The position numbers were made by a program, and so were the translations under genes. From Desulfomicrobium sp. (GTDB lineage Bacteria; Desulfobacterota; Desulfovibrionia; Desulfovibrionales; Desulfomicrobiaceae), in contig JAXGMI010000001.1 of NCBI GenBank assembly GCA_040768745.1, forward strand, positions 1,664,001 through 1,728,000: 64,000 nt of DNA. Direction: 5' to 3'. Shown here piece after piece: positions 38,721 to 49,729 of this stretch. The number at the start of each line of letters is the position of its first letter. Position 1 is the stretch's first letter. The notes beneath the pieces are model-generated. The model did no database searches and was not told the DNA's origin. It worked only from the letters and a program-made list of their open reading frames with translations.

Positions 38721-39731
38721 TCAAGGCTTTTCTTCGCCCTTAAGGTGTTTGGCGGTCCAGAGCGAGGCCTGCAGACGGTTCGGAACATCGATTTTCTTAT
38801 AGATGTTGTACAGATGGGACTTGATCGTGTTCAGGCTCAGGAAGAGCTTATTGGCGATGTCCTTGTTGGTTGCTCCGGATGCCAGCATGAGCAGAATCTC
38901 CTTTTCCCGCGGGCTCAGTTCGTTCGAGGCCGTCTCTGTAGCTGCAACCCAGAGGGGACGGGTCTGGCGTCCCAGCAGATAGGCGGACATGGCTTCCCGG
39001 GAAAACCAGAGTTCGTTGTCAAGCATGGCCGAAATCCCTTTGACCAGAATCTTGAATGGTGTGTTGCGGTAGAAGATGCCGCGAATGCCGGAATTGATGA
39101 CCTCCAGTTCCACGGGATGGTTGTTTGCAACATTGAACAGGGCCACAGAAGACGCCAGAAAGGGCGAATTTTCCCCGCTGGCCTCCTCCAGCAGGTCCAC
39201 TACGGAAATGCCGGAGCAGTCGACCAGGGTCAGATCCGGTTGCGCGGTTTCCAGAATTTTCGGCATGGACGGGGAATGGCTGCAGTTCAAACCCGTTTCC
39301 AGGCTGAGGCGCGAGGCCAGTAGGTCGTTGAGAAGCGGGTCGGTTCCGACAATTCCTATCATGGTCTGAGAGGAGAAGCTCTCCGCATTCATTGTCGCCG
39401 TGCGGATGGAGGATACTTGCCGGGGATCGAAGGCAATGGCCATGCCGTTGGGTTCTGTGCGGACCACGATCCCCTCCACCCGGAACCTGGATTGGTGCAA
39501 GGATGGTTTGCCACCCCCGAAGTCCAGGGATATATGAAGAGTCAATGTGGTGCCGAGGGGATAGATCCTGTCTGTTTCGAAGAAGATGCCACCCGCGGAG
39601 ATGTTGGTCGTGGGCAGGAGCTGTGTTGGCTGGTCATGTACGAGCGCCGTTACTTTCGTGGGAATGCTCATGATGAAGCGCTCGAGTTGTCGTCGATTGG
39701 CACTGCTCGCCGCGTTTTTTTCCATACTCAT
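38721..39731 (-). CDS. PilZ domain fused to a CsgD/VpsT-like REC-LuxR transcriptional regulator
   Basis: RQLER and NISAGG PilZ motifs; GIRGIFY and ELWFSR; LSPREKEIL...NKDIA.KLFLS.NTIKSHLYNIYKKI HTH; GAAGGAG RBS. Confidence 0.85.
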   Translation of the reverse strand: MSMEKNAASSANRRQLERFIMSIPTKVTALVHDQPTQLLPTTNISAGGIFFETDRIYPLGTTLTLHISLDFGGGKPSLHQSRFRVEGIVVRTEPNGMAIAFDPRQVSSIRTATMNAESFSSQTMIGIVGTDPLLNDLLASRLSLETGLNCSHSPSMPKILETAQPDLTLVDCSGISVVDLLEEASGENSPFLASSVALFNVANNHPVELEVINSGIRGIFYRNTPFKILVKGISAMLDNELWFSREAMSAYLLGRQTRPLWVAATETASNELSPREKEILLMLASGATNKDIANKLFLSLNTIKSHLYNIYKKIDVPNRLQASLWTAKHLKGEEKP

Positions 39732-39754
39732 GACTCCTTCTTCCCGTCTGGCGT

Positions 39755-40555
39755 TCAACTGCTTGAGGAGGGAACTCCCGTTCCAGCGGGGCTCGTTGGC
39801 AACATGTTGTTTTTTTTCAAAAAAAGCAGAAATTTCTGGGCGACTTCAAAATCCTTGTTCAATTTCAGGGCACTGTACAGGTGCTCTGCGGCTTTCCCAA
39901 TGTCCGCCTTGGAAAAACACGCCCGCGCCATATTGTAGTGCAGATTCTCGTCAGCAGGGGATAGTTCCAGGGCCTTGGCATAATATTCCAGGGCCTGATC
40001 GTACATGCCGTTTTTGCGCAGGCTTATGCCGAAGTCATTGAACAAATGTTTGTGCTCAGCTTCGAAGGCGCCTTCCATCCTGACCAGACGCTGAAAGATG
40101 TTGTCCGCCTTGTCCGTTTCCCCTCGATCCAGGTAGGTCAGTCCGAGCCCGAAATTGGCCCGGATATTTTCCTCGTCCACCCGCAGCGCGTTACCGAATT
40201 CGTATTCCGCGCTGTAGCAGTCCCCATTACCCCTGTAACGTTCGGCCTTGGCGATGGTCTGGTTCAGCCTGCGCATACTCGGGTACACTTTCGTGGTGTA
40301 GAATTCTGGTTCCGGGGCATAGTGCTCCAGGAATTGTTCCTTGAGAATCTCCTGCTTCGGCCCTGAAGGGATGTAGTTGGGGTTCAGGGGCTGGACCCAG
40401 ATCAGGCCATCCTCGCCCTCCTCCGCATACCAGTACATGGTTTGCGTGGTCTTGCGGGCCGTTGACCCGGCGCCAACCTTGGCAATTCGTTCCGAGGAAA
40501 AAATTCCTTTGATGCGCATACGCAGGTTGTGTTCGTGCTGTTCTGAGTCCGCCAT
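39755..40555 (-). CDS. Tetratricopeptide repeat protein
   Basis: TPR patterns NFGLGLTY, FNDFGISLRK...ALEYYAKALEL.P.DENLHYNMA. Confidence 0.85.
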   Translation of the reverse strand: MADSEQHEHNLRMRIKGIFSSERIAKVGAGSTARKTTQTMYWYAEEGEDGLIWVQPLNPNYIPSGPKQEILKEQFLEHYAPEPEFYTTKVYPSMRRLNQTIAKAERYRGNGDCYSAEYEFGNALRVDEENIRANFGLGLTYLDRGETDKADNIFQRLVRMEGAFEAEHKHLFNDFGISLRKNGMYDQALEYYAKALELSPADENLHYNMARACFSKADIGKAAEHLYSALKLNKDFEVAQKFLLFLKKNNMLPTSPAGTGVPSSSS

Positions 40556-40573
40556 GGGCTCTCTCCATGGGAA

Positions 40574-41287
40574 TCAAGCCATATCCCGCAGGTATTCCTC
40601 GGCCGCCTGGACCGGATTTTCGGCCCTGGTGATGGGTCTGCCTACCACCAGGAAATTGCTGCCATCCCGGGCTGCCTGGGCAGGGGTGCAGACTCTGGCC
40701 TGATCCCCGCACGCGGCGTCGGGAAGTCTGATTCCCGGGGTCAGGAGCTGGAATGATGCTCCACATGTGTTCCGAATATCACAAACTTCCCTGCCTGAAC
40801 AGACCACGCCGTCCAGTTTCCACTTTTGGGCCGAAGCGGCGAGATCAAGGGTCAGTTTGTGCAGGCTTTCTGCAGTCCCCCGGGGTTGCCAGGCCAGATC
40901 TGCGGGGCCAAGGCTGGTCAACAGGGTTACCCCCAGGATCAGGGGCGGCGTCGTTCCGGCTTCGTGGGCCTGAGCGCGGCCAGTCAACGCTGCCTCGCAC
41001 ATGGCGCGCCCACCCAGGGCGTGGATGGTCAGCATGTCCACGCCCATGGCAGTGACCTGGGCGGTAGCTGCCTGCACGGTGTTGGGGATGTCCATGAACT
41101 TGAGGTCAAGAAAAACGGAAAACCCCATTTTTTTGAGATGCTGAACGAATTGTCTGCCGGAGGCCAGGTAGAGTTCCAGCCCGACCTTGACCCAGGGCAC
41201 GACTCCCCGGAGTTTCCGGGCCAGGTTGAGTGCCTGGTTTTCTTCGGGAAAGTCCAGGGCCACGACCAGGGCGGGAGGTGTGTTCAT
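40574..41287 (-). CDS. pyrF: Orotidine-5'-phosphate decarboxylase
   Basis: VVALD, VKVG, FLDLKFMDIPNTV, LTPGIR, LVVGRPI. Confidence 0.96.
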   Translation of the reverse strand: MNTPPALVVALDFPEENQALNLARKLRGVVPWVKVGLELYLASGRQFVQHLKKMGFSVFLDLKFMDIPNTVQAATAQVTAMGVDMLTIHALGGRAMCEAALTGRAQAHEAGTTPPLILGVTLLTSLGPADLAWQPRGTAESLHKLTLDLAASAQKWKLDGVVCSGREVCDIRNTCGASFQLLTPGIRLPDAACGDQARVCTPAQAARDGSNFLVVGRPITRAENPVQAAEEYLRDMA

Positions 41288-41919
41288 TCGATCCCCCATT
41301 GGGTGGCAATGGTTTTCTGCCAGGCAGCATGGTACAGAGGGCGGGTTTTTTCAGCAACGTAAATGGCCCGCAGCTGGTCATAGGCCACGGAGAGGTTGTC
41401 GTTGACGATCCAGTGGTCGAACCAGTGGCTGTCGCAGATTTCATGCTTTGCCCCAGCCAGGCGGCGGGCAATGGTTTCCTGACTGTCCGTGCCACGACCG
41501 GTCAGACGTTGTTCGAGGACCTCTCGGGAAGGCGGGAAGACGAAGATAAAGCATCCGTGCCCGATGCTGGCTTTGAGTTGCCGGGCGCCCTGCACGTCGA
41601 TGTCAAAGATGACATCACGACCCTGGGCCAGGAGGTCCTCGGTGGCCTGCCGCGGCGTGCCGTAGAAATGGCCGTGCACCTCGGCCCATTCAGCGAAAAA
41701 TCCGCTTTCTTGGCGGGCAAGGAAGTCGTCCCGGGTCAGGAAATGGTACTCACGCCCATGGACCTCTCCGGCCCTTGGCGCGCGGGTGGTGCAGGACACG
41801 GAGAAGGCGAAACCCTGAAACTCCCTGGACAGGCGGCGGATGAGGGTGCTCTTGCCTGTACCCGAGGGGGCGCTGATGACCAGCATCAGACCTGTGGAAT
41901 CATGACGCGCGTCATTCAT
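41284..41919 (-). CDS. gmk: Guanylate kinase
   Basis: [34 protein letters not shown]. Confidence 0.96.
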   Translation of the reverse strand: MNDARHDSTGLMLVISAPSGTGKSTLIRRLSREFQGFAFSVSCTTRAPRAGEVHGREYHFLTRDDFLARQESGFFAEWAEVHGHFYGTPRQATEDLLAQGRDVIFDIDVQGARQLKASIGHGCFIFVFPPSREVLEQRLTGRGTDSQETIARRLAGAKHEICDSHWFDHWIVNDNLSVAYDQLRAIYVAEKTRPLYHAAWQKTIATQWGIE

Positions 41920-42169
41920 CGCTGCCTCCGGCGACGAACCGCTGACTGATGGTCTCGGGCTGGATGGCGGAAAGAATGCAATGGTTGGAATCCGTAATGA
42001 TCAGGGAACGGGTCTTGCGTCCCTGGGTGGCGTCAATGAGCCTGCCGGCCTGTTTTGCTTCTTCCCGCAGGCGGCGCATGGGCGACGAAGCGGGACCGAC
42101 AATGGCCACGACCCGGTTCATGACGACGGCGTTGCCGAAGCCGACATTGAGGAGTTTTTTCTTGTCCAT
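41912..42169 (-). CDS. remA: DUF370 / RemA family protein
   Basis: [41 protein letters not shown]. Confidence 0.9.
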   Translation of the reverse strand: MDKKKLLNVGFGNAVVMNRVVAIVGPASSPMRRLREEAKQAGRLIDATQGRKTRSLIITDSNHCILSAIQPETISQRFVAGGSDE

Positions 42170-42171
42170 GC

Positions 42172-43053
42172 CTACTCCAGGTTTTGAATCTGCTCGCGGC
42201 ATTTTTCCAGTTCGGCCTTGAAGGCAACCACGAGCTGGCTGATGCGGGTGTTCTGGCTTTTGTTCCCGCACGTATTGATTTCGCGAAAGCATTCCTGGAC
42301 CATGAAGTCGAGCTTGCGCCCCACAGGTTCTGTCTGACGGAAGTATTCGTCAATGCCTTGCAGATGAATGTCCAGGCGGGTGAGTTCCTCGGACACATCC
42401 ACGCGGTCGGCAATGATGGCCAGCTCCTGCAGCAGGCGTTCGGGATCGGATTGTATCCCGCTGTCCGCCATGAGCTTTTCCACACGCTCCTTGACCATGG
42501 CCAGGCGTTCCCCGGGGATCGCTGCGGAAACGGTCCTGATCTGTTCCACCAGTGTGCGCAAGGATGCGAATCGGGTTCTCAGGTCCGCCTCCAGGGCAAG
42601 CCCTTCGCGGATGCGCGCCCCGTCCCAGTCGGCCAGGGCCCGGCCCAGGGTTGCGGTCAGGGAGGCAATGAGACGCGGGTTGTCGACGGCGCCCGATTCT
42701 TTCCAGAGGGCTGGTATGGACACGAACCGATTCAGGTCGGGAGCGAACGGGATGTGCATGGCTTCGGCCAGGCGTTCCAGTTCCAGCAGCATGGCTCCGG
42801 CCAGGGTGGTATCCAGGGAGATGTTCTGCAGTTCGGGGCTGGTCAGTTTGAGATTCAGGAAGAGTTCCACCCCGCCCCGGCTGGCCACAGTCCGGACCAG
42901 GTTTTCCCATTCCTTCTGACAGGCGTAGCAGGTGGGCGGAATCTTCCATTTCAGGTCCAGGTGGCGGTTGTTCAGGCTGCGGATTTCCCAGGACAGGGTC
43001 CAGTTCTCTTCCTGGGCGCTGGCCCGGCCGTAGCCAGTCATACTTTTGGGCAT
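42172..43053 (-). CDS. yicC: YicC/YloC family endoribonuclease
   Basis: [39 protein letters not shown]. Confidence 0.93.
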   Translation of the reverse strand: MPKSMTGYGRASAQEENWTLSWEIRSLNNRHLDLKWKIPPTCYACQKEWENLVRTVASRGGVELFLNLKLTSPELQNISLDTTLAGAMLLELERLAEAMHIPFAPDLNRFVSIPALWKESGAVDNPRLIASLTATLGRALADWDGARIREGLALEADLRTRFASLRTLVEQIRTVSAAIPGERLAMVKERVEKLMADSGIQSDPERLLQELAIIADRVDVSEELTRLDIHLQGIDEYFRQTEPVGRKLDFMVQECFREINTCGNKSQNTRISQLVVAFKAELEKCREQIQNLE

Positions 43054-43063
43054 GGCGTGTCCT

Positions 43064-43597
43064 TCATCTCATGTGCTTGAGATCGTTTTTGTACATTTCC
43101 CGGATCCTGGTCAGGTGGACCTTTATCTCGGCCGTGGAGTAATCCGGAAAGGTCCAGGGCAGGTCGAACCACTCCCCCTTGTGGAAAATAAGGGTCAGAT
43201 CGGCCCAGATGCCGTGGGAGAGGTAGACGCGATGCGAGAAATTCTTGCCCGTGGCCAGGACCAGCCGCTCCTGGGTGAGGTAGCCGGGGTCCAGGTTGAA
43301 CAGGCGCTGCCCCGAAGTGGACCATTCTTCCTCCAGGCTGTTGGTCGCCAATTTTATGTCCGCGAGGCCGTCCATGGCAAGAGGGCGGGCAAAGGACAGG
43401 ATGCGCCGGGCTATGGGGTTGCCCAACTCGCGGTCATAGTACCTTGTCTGGGTGAAGGGTATGAGATCGGATTCGTAGTCTATACGGCCAAGAATGTTCT
43501 CGATTTTGGGCACGAGGTCTGGCCAGAAACGGTCCCATCTGGCGCTCAGCACGGACAGCAGAGCCCGGGCCGGAAGAGGGATATGCGGGGTGCTCAT
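43064..43597 (-). CDS. DUF4416 family protein
   Basis: T.YY..E.G, R.FNLDPGYL, LVLATGKNFSHRVYL..GIWADLTL, PWTFPDY. Confidence 0.85.
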   Translation of the reverse strand: MSTPHIPLPARALLSVLSARWDRFWPDLVPKIENILGRIDYESDLIPFTQTRYYDRELGNPIARRILSFARPLAMDGLADIKLATNSLEEEWSTSGQRLFNLDPGYLTQERLVLATGKNFSHRVYLSHGIWADLTLIFHKGEWFDLPWTFPDYSTAEIKVHLTRIREMYKNDLKHMR

Positions 43598-44889
43598 AGG
43601 GCTGCCGTGTTCTCTGTGGCCCTGACTACAAGACCCGCAGGGGAAATCCCGAGGGGGGCGACAGGGACCAGGCTTCTTGACTGCATGTTTTCAGCGCCCT
43701 CAACCCGGCATTCCACATAGAATTCATTCATGCCCGTGGAGGTGTCCTCCAGGACCACCTCCATGCAGGGGCGAGTCAGCAGGTGGCGCAAAAACTCCAG
43801 GCGCTTTTTCTCCACAACTTGGCGCAGGATTTTGGCCCGTTCCCGGCGCAGATGGCCTGGAACGGCGTCTTTGAAGTTTGCGGCCGGGGTGCCGGGGCGT
43901 TCGGAATAGGGGAAGACATGGGCATAGGTGAGGGGCAGCCGGGAGACGAGTTCCAGGGTCTCCTGAAAACAGGAATCGGTTTCCCCGGGAAACCCGGCGA
44001 TGAGGTCAGCACCCAGGCCGAAAACAGGCCAATGTCCACGAAGATCGGCCAGGAACGTGGCGATGTCTGTCGGGTCGTAGTGTCCCCGACCCATACGCCG
44101 CAGCACGTCAGTGCTGCCGCTTTGCAATGAGATGTGCAGATGCGGGGACATGAGCCGGCTCGCATGCAGGCTGGCCAGGGCCTTGGCGTGCAGGTCGGCC
44201 GGTTCCAGGGATCCAATCCGCAGCCGGGCCCGGCCTGCCCATTCGGGGGCAAGGGCGCGGTCCACTCCTGCCAGCAGGTCCCAGAAATCCATGCGGGGGG
44301 AGAGGTCTCGTCCGTATTGCCGCAGGTTGATCCCGCACAGGGCGAACTCCCTGATTCCGGCAGAAAGGAGGCGCCTGCACTCGGCGATGACCTGCCCGGG
44401 GTCCCGGCTGACAGAGGTTCCCCTGGTGGTGGGGATGATGCAGTAGGTACAGCCGTGAGAACAGCCGTCCTGCACCTTGATGACGGCACGGGCCCGATTG
44501 TAGTCCGAAATGGTGAAGGCGGAAAAGGGCGCTTCGCCTGTTCGCGAAGTCAGATCGCCAAGGTCCCATTTGCCTTTTTGGGTCAATGTTTCATCCACGC
44601 CGGGCAACCCCTGCACACGTTCAGGATCGGCTTCCACGGCGCACCCCGCAACCACGGTCCAGGGTTTGGGACAGATGGCCGCAAAGCCCCGGACCAGCTT
44701 GGCCAGGTCCAGAATGGCCCGCTCGGTCACGGCGCAGCTGTTGATGAGCACGATGTCGGCCAGGCCCGGATCCCAGGTCTCCACCAGACCTTGGGCAATC
44801 CATGTCTCGCGGATGGCCTGGGACTCATACTGGTTGACCTTGCAGCCCTGGGTGACCAGGAAGAAGAGTTGTCCTGGTTCACGTCTCAT
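43594..44889 (-). CDS. mtaB: tRNA methylthiotransferase (MiaB/MtaB family)
   Basis: TQGCKVNQYES, NSCAVT, KVQDGCSHGCTYC, HVFPYSERPGT. Confidence 0.9.
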   Translation of the reverse strand: MRREPGQLFFLVTQGCKVNQYESQAIRETWIAQGLVETWDPGLADIVLINSCAVTERAILDLAKLVRGFAAICPKPWTVVAGCAVEADPERVQGLPGVDETLTQKGKWDLGDLTSRTGEAPFSAFTISDYNRARAVIKVQDGCSHGCTYCIIPTTRGTSVSRDPGQVIAECRRLLSAGIREFALCGINLRQYGRDLSPRMDFWDLLAGVDRALAPEWAGRARLRIGSLEPADLHAKALASLHASRLMSPHLHISLQSGSTDVLRRMGRGHYDPTDIATFLADLRGHWPVFGLGADLIAGFPGETDSCFQETLELVSRLPLTYAHVFPYSERPGTPAANFKDAVPGHLRRERAKILRQVVEKKRLEFLRHLLTRPCMEVVLEDTSTGMNEFYVECRVEGAENMQSRSLVPVAPLGISPAGLVVRATENTAAL

Positions 44890-45922
44890 GGTGGATTCCG
44901 TTGAGGATCGTAGCCCCGGCCAGGATTTGTCCGTCGGGCGCGTAGACCGCGGCGACCTGGCCAGGGGCAGGCAGGGGTCGAGGCCTGGCAAAGGTGATGG
45001 TCATGCCGTCGTCATCGAGTTCGATGGCTGCCGGCTCGGGTTGTTGACGGTAGATGGTCTGCACCAGGACTTGGGCCGGCCAGGTGCCGGGTTTGGCCAG
45101 CAGGTTGGGCGCATCTGTGCGGCAGCCAGTGGAAAGCGCTTCGGGCCTGGGCCCCACGACCAGGGTGTTGGTCGGCACGTCCTTGCCCGTGACGTAGAGG
45201 GGCTCGGAGTAGGCGACGCCGAGCCCCTTGCGTTGGCCCAGGGTGTGGTTCCACAGGCCGGCATGCCGACCGAGAACCGTTCCGTCGGCCAGGGCAATGG
45301 GACCCGGGCCACTCAGTAGGACTTTGCGTTGTTGCAGGAACTCACGGTAGTTTGTGTTGATGAAGCAGATCTCCTGGCTTTCCTGGTCAGCAGGCGGAGT
45401 CAGCCCCCTGGCGGCCAGCGCTTGGCGCACCTTGACCTTGGTCCATCCGGCCAAGGGGAAAAGCGTGAGGGCGAAGCGGGCCAACGGCACTCTGGACAGG
45501 AAGTAGCTCTGGTCCTTGGTCGGGTCCAAACCGCGGTACAGGGTTGGTCCTTCGGCAGTCTGCTCCAGCCGGACATAATGTCCCGTGGCCAATCTGTCCG
45601 CGCCGAGGTCCAGTACCCGGTCCATCAACAGCCCGAATTTCATGGCAGGGTTGCATGCTGCACAGGGATTGGGGGTGAGACCCCGCTGATAGGCCTGGAT
45701 GAACGGAGTGACCACGCGTTCCTCGAACTCCAGGCGCAGGTCGACGAGGTGGAAGGGGACGCCCAGATCCGTGCACAGGTTTCCCAGCCGGTCTGCCAGA
45801 CTGTCATCGCCTGCAGTCAGGAAGCGGGCGTGCACGGCCATGATTCTCGCTCCGGTCTCCCGGAGCAGGATCAGGCTCATGAGGGAATCAACCCCTCCGC
45901 TCAAGGCAACAGCGATGTGCAT
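44879..45922 (-). CDS. mnmA: tRNA 2-thiouridylase
   Basis: SGGVDS, TPNPCAACN, ATGHY, KDQSYFL, ESQEICF, GQRKG. Confidence 0.95.
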   Translation of the reverse strand: MHIAVALSGGVDSLMSLILLRETGARIMAVHARFLTAGDDSLADRLGNLCTDLGVPFHLVDLRLEFEERVVTPFIQAYQRGLTPNPCAACNPAMKFGLLMDRVLDLGADRLATGHYVRLEQTAEGPTLYRGLDPTKDQSYFLSRVPLARFALTLFPLAGWTKVKVRQALAARGLTPPADQESQEICFINTNYREFLQQRKVLLSGPGPIALADGTVLGRHAGLWNHTLGQRKGLGVAYSEPLYVTGKDVPTNTLVVGPRPEALSTGCRTDAPNLLAKPGTWPAQVLVQTIYRQQPEPAAIELDDDGMTITFARPRPLPAPGQVAAVYAPDGQILAGATILNGIHHET

Positions 45923-45956
45923 GCAGTTCAACGACCGGGGATCCCGAGATATCGGA

Positions 45957-47423
45957 TTACGGCAGGGGCGGCGCAGGAAGCTGTGGCAGGGCAGCTTCGA
46001 GGGTGGCAGCCACCTGCAGCATCCTGACTTCATCCATGCTCCCTCCGAAAAGCTGCAGCCCTACTGGGAGATTCGAGTCCCGTCCCAGTCCCACCGGCAG
46101 GCTCAGGCCCGGCAGGCCGCTCAAATTCAGGGAGATAGTGAAGATGTCCGTCAGATACATCTGCAGGGGGTCCGCGGTGTTTTGACCGATGGCAAAGGCC
46201 GTGGTCGGGCTGGCCGGGCCGCAGATGAGGTCGCACTTCTCCAAGGCGCGCAGATAGTCCTGGCGGATCAGTCTGCGGACCTGGGCGGCCTTCTTGTAGT
46301 AGGCGTCATAATATCCGGCCGAGAGAACGTAGGTGCCAAGCATGATCCGGCGCATGACCTCCTCGCCGAAGCCTTCGCTGCGGGACTTGGTGTACATGGA
46401 TGCCAGGTCCTGGACGTGAGGGCTGCGGCGTCCGTAGCGGACTCCGTCGAAGCGGGCCAGATTGGAACTCGCCTCGGCCATGGCCAGGATGTAGTAGGTG
46501 GCGATGGCGTATTCGGTATGCGGCAGAGACACGGGCACGATTTCCGCGCCCAGGCCCGCAGCTAGGTCAACGGCAGTGCGGCAGGCCTGCTCCACCTCGG
46601 GAGTCAGACCTTTGCCCCAGTACTCTTCGGGCAGGCCCAGGCGCAGGCCGGCGAGGGATTCCCGCTGCCCGAGAACCCCCACGTAATCCGGAACCGGCAC
46701 ATTGACGCTGGTCGAATCCTTGGGGTCGTGTCCGGCAATGACCTGCAGCACTTCGGCCGCATCGCGGACAGTGCGGGTCATGGGGCCGGCCTGATCCAGG
46801 GACGATCCATAGGCGACAAGCCCGCGGCGGGAGACCCGGCCATAGGTGGGCTTCAAGCCCACGATTCCGCAAAAGCTGGCTGGCTGCCGGATTGATCCGC
46901 CTGTGTCCGTGCCGATGGATGCGAAGCATTGGCCGGCGGCCACGCTGGCGGCCGAGCCGCCGCTGGAACCGCCAGGAACGTGGGACGTGTTCCAGGGATT
47001 CTTTGTCGTCTTGAAGGCCGAGTTTTCGGTGGAGGAGCCCATGGCGAATTCGTCCATGTTGGCCTTGCCGAGGATGATGGCCCCGGCCTCCCTGAGCTTG
47101 GCCACGCAGTGGGCGTCGTAGACCGGAACGAAATTTTCCAGGATTCTTGACCCGCAGGTGGTTGGCATGCCCTTGGTGGCCAGGACGTCCTTGACCGTGA
47201 TGGGCACTCCCCACAGCGGCCTGGAAGGGTCGGGACCGGCAGTGTCCAGGAGTCCGGCTTCCCGCAGGATCTCATCTCCAGCAACGTGCAGAAGGGCGTC
47301 CAGCGTCGGGTCGGTCCGGGCGATGCGGTCCAGGCAGGCGGCGGTGCATTCCCGGGCCGAGAGCTCTCTGGTGCGCAGGAGGTCGCGCACCTGGGTAAGG
47401 GAAAGACAGTGAATCTGTGACAT
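45957..47423 (-). CDS. gatA: Asp/Glu-tRNA amidotransferase subunit A
   Basis: [44 protein letters not shown]. Confidence 0.97.
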   Translation of the reverse strand: MSQIHCLSLTQVRDLLRTRELSARECTAACLDRIARTDPTLDALLHVAGDEILREAGLLDTAGPDPSRPLWGVPITVKDVLATKGMPTTCGSRILENFVPVYDAHCVAKLREAGAIILGKANMDEFAMGSSTENSAFKTTKNPWNTSHVPGGSSGGSAASVAAGQCFASIGTDTGGSIRQPASFCGIVGLKPTYGRVSRRGLVAYGSSLDQAGPMTRTVRDAAEVLQVIAGHDPKDSTSVNVPVPDYVGVLGQRESLAGLRLGLPEEYWGKGLTPEVEQACRTAVDLAAGLGAEIVPVSLPHTEYAIATYYILAMAEASSNLARFDGVRYGRRSPHVQDLASMYTKSRSEGFGEEVMRRIMLGTYVLSAGYYDAYYKKAAQVRRLIRQDYLRALEKCDLICGPASPTTAFAIGQNTADPLQMYLTDIFTISLNLSGLPGLSLPVGLGRDSNLPVGLQLFGGSMDEVRMLQVAATLEAALPQLPAPPLP

Positions 47424-47454
47424 GGAGATTCCTTGAAGCGAGTTGGTTTCGCGC

Positions 47455-47739
47455 TCAGACGATACGTGGCACGATGAAGTACTCCCCGTCTGACTCCGGG
47501 GCATTGCGCAGGATGTCGGCACGGGTGGATTCCTTGCGGACCTCGTCTGGCCGCAGCATTCCGGCCTGGTCCACGGGGGTGTACATCGGCTCGACGCTGG
47601 CGGTGTCCAGTTCGTTCAGCTTGCCCATGTAACCCAGGATGTCATCCATCTGGGCGGCCAGGACCGCAGCCTGGTCCGGAGTGATTTCCAGACGGGCCAG
47701 GGTGGCGATGGCCAGTGCTTTTTCGGGACTTAAGTTCAT
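47455..47739 (-). CDS. gatC: Asp/Glu-tRNA amidotransferase subunit C
   Basis: IATLARL, LNELDT..VEP, NAP...YFIVPRI; upstream of gatA. Confidence 0.95.
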   Translation of the reverse strand: MNLSPEKALAIATLARLEITPDQAAVLAAQMDDILGYMGKLNELDTASVEPMYTPVDQAGMLRPDEVRKESTRADILRNAPESDGEYFIVPRIV

Positions 47740-47746
47740 GCGGACC

Positions 47747-49678
47747 TCATTGTTTTGTGTTCTTCAGCAACTGGGCCCGGCGTTCTTCGCGTCGGAGCTG
47801 CCGGTATTCGCGGGTCTGACGTATTTTTTCCATGTCTGCCCGGACCATGCCCGATCCGGTGGGCTGGAAGAGGAACAGTTCCTGACTGACTCGGCCCGCG
47901 TCCCAGTACATGGGGGCCAGGCCCCAAGGCATTCGGCTTGAGGCCAGGACCAGGGCCTGGTTGAAGGCTTCGGCCGTGGGGTGCCCGCCCCCGACCAGGG
48001 CCGTGAAGCGGACGAAGTCATAGCCCAGGGCGGCCCACATTTCGGCCGAGCCCCCGCCGCCATCGGACATGGCCTGCTTCAGGCTCTGCACCGGCTGTGA
48101 GGTAGAGTTCGGATCCCACGCCCCGGGGAACATGGTCAGGTCGAAGTACTGCATTTCGAGCTGGGATTCGCCCGCGTTCTGGCTCCACAGCTGCGGACCA
48201 AGAAAGATCAGCCGTGTCTCCTCGTAGTAGTGGAAGAGGGGGGCCAGTTGCTGCACCCGGAACAGGGAGTCTGGCATGAACACCGCCTGAAAGGCCGGCT
48301 CGGGGTTCATGGTGTTCTTCTTTCCGCTGGCTCCGAGCACATCGGCCACAGCCTTGCTCCAGCCCGGGGGGTTGGACAGGTCGTATCCCCTGACCAGGGA
48401 GATCTGTGCGTTCAGGGCCTTGGCTTCGGTCTGGAAGACCTCGCTCATGGCCGTGCCGAAGCGGTCCTGGGGATGGAGGATTGCAAAGGACGAGACGCCG
48501 AGCAGTTCACATCCACGAATGAGGGCCTTGACCTGGTCCCCTGGGCTGCTGAAAAAACGCCAGGCTTCGACGCCCTCGTCTTCGACATTGGGCAGGAACG
48601 TCATGTAGCGGGCCGCGCGGTGCAGTCCGGCGAAGCGGATTTTTTCCCACACCTCCTTGCGCAGAGGGCCGCCGACGATGGGCGAGCCGCTGAGGGCTTT
48701 CAGTTCGTCCAGAAAGGTCGGGGACTCGGCATTGATGAGCTTGATTTCCGGAGTCCCTGTCTGGGCCCGGTTCTCCCGCCAGGCGCAGTCCGCGCCCTTG
48801 GCGATTTGCCAGCCGACCTGGGCATAGGGTCCGGACAGGGGCAGCAGCAGGACCAGGCTTTGCCTGACCACGCCCATCTGCTGTTCCAGAGAATGCAGGT
48901 TTCCGGCGAAGAATTCCCGGTTGGCCAGACCACCGGAACGGACTACCGCGGACAGGCTGGGCCATACCGAGGCCCAGTTCGCCTTGTCCTGGGTCAGGAG
49001 TTTCATGCCCTGGGCCCAGACCAGCATGGACCAGGGATAGGTGTTCGGATCGGCGCCCATGGAACTGTTGAGGGTTTTCTGCAGCTGGTCCAGATTCAAG
49101 GACTCTGCCCGGCTCAAGGCATGGGCTTCGAGAGGGCTTTTGGTCGCGGCGTCGGGAGCTGCCGCGTAAAGCATTCCCAATGCCTCGAAGGACAGTCCGT
49201 ATTCGGGGATGCCCCAGAAGTGGTCGGCCAGTTCCATGCCGGCCGCCTCCCTTGTGGTCCAGTCAAGATCCGTCCGCTTGACAAGATTCGTCAGATAGGT
49301 GGCATAGGCATTCTTGCCCTGGCGGGCCAGCAGAAGCTGGGCGTTGGCCTGGTTCCAGTCCCAGGTGGCAGAGGCGTTTCTGCTTTCTGTCTTCCATGCC
49401 TGTAGGTTTTGTTCGGCCAGATCGAATTCGCCAAGCTGCACGGCGCTGCCTACAGTGTTCTTCCAGGCCTCGGCCCGTCCAGGATCCCCGGGTTTGGTCG
49501 CGGCCAGGTGTTTGGAGTACTTCTGCAAGGCCATTTGTGGATCCTGGGCCTTGTGTCCTGGCAGGGTGGAGGACGCGGCCGGGCGGTCAGGGCCGGAATA
49601 GATGGTCTTTTGAGGGGCGCAGGCGAAAAGCGCCAAGGTCAGAGCCAGGAAGCAGAGAAGAAGTCGTAGGGTGTTCAT
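47747..49678 (-). CDS. Lipoprotein, LppC/LpoA-like penicillin-binding-protein activator
   Basis: Lipobox LFAC; TPR-like N-terminal region; LLLPLSGPYA.VG periplasmic-binding fold; ALGYD. Confidence 0.75.
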   Translation of the reverse strand: MNTLRLLLCFLALTLALFACAPQKTIYSGPDRPAASSTLPGHKAQDPQMALQKYSKHLAATKPGDPGRAEAWKNTVGSAVQLGEFDLAEQNLQAWKTESRNASATWDWNQANAQLLLARQGKNAYATYLTNLVKRTDLDWTTREAAGMELADHFWGIPEYGLSFEALGMLYAAAPDAATKSPLEAHALSRAESLNLDQLQKTLNSSMGADPNTYPWSMLVWAQGMKLLTQDKANWASVWPSLSAVVRSGGLANREFFAGNLHSLEQQMGVVRQSLVLLLPLSGPYAQVGWQIAKGADCAWRENRAQTGTPEIKLINAESPTFLDELKALSGSPIVGGPLRKEVWEKIRFAGLHRAARYMTFLPNVEDEGVEAWRFFSSPGDQVKALIRGCELLGVSSFAILHPQDRFGTAMSEVFQTEAKALNAQISLVRGYDLSNPPGWSKAVADVLGASGKKNTMNPEPAFQAVFMPDSLFRVQQLAPLFHYYEETRLIFLGPQLWSQNAGESQLEMQYFDLTMFPGAWDPNSTSQPVQSLKQAMSDGGGGSAEMWAALGYDFVRFTALVGGGHPTAEAFNQALVLASSRMPWGLAPMYWDAGRVSQELFLFQPTGSGMVRADMEKIRQTREYRQLRREERRAQLLKNTKQ

Positions 49679-49729
49679 GATGATGAGGCCTGCAGCCATT
49701 TCAGGCCTGACGTGGGATGTGTCCCGGTT

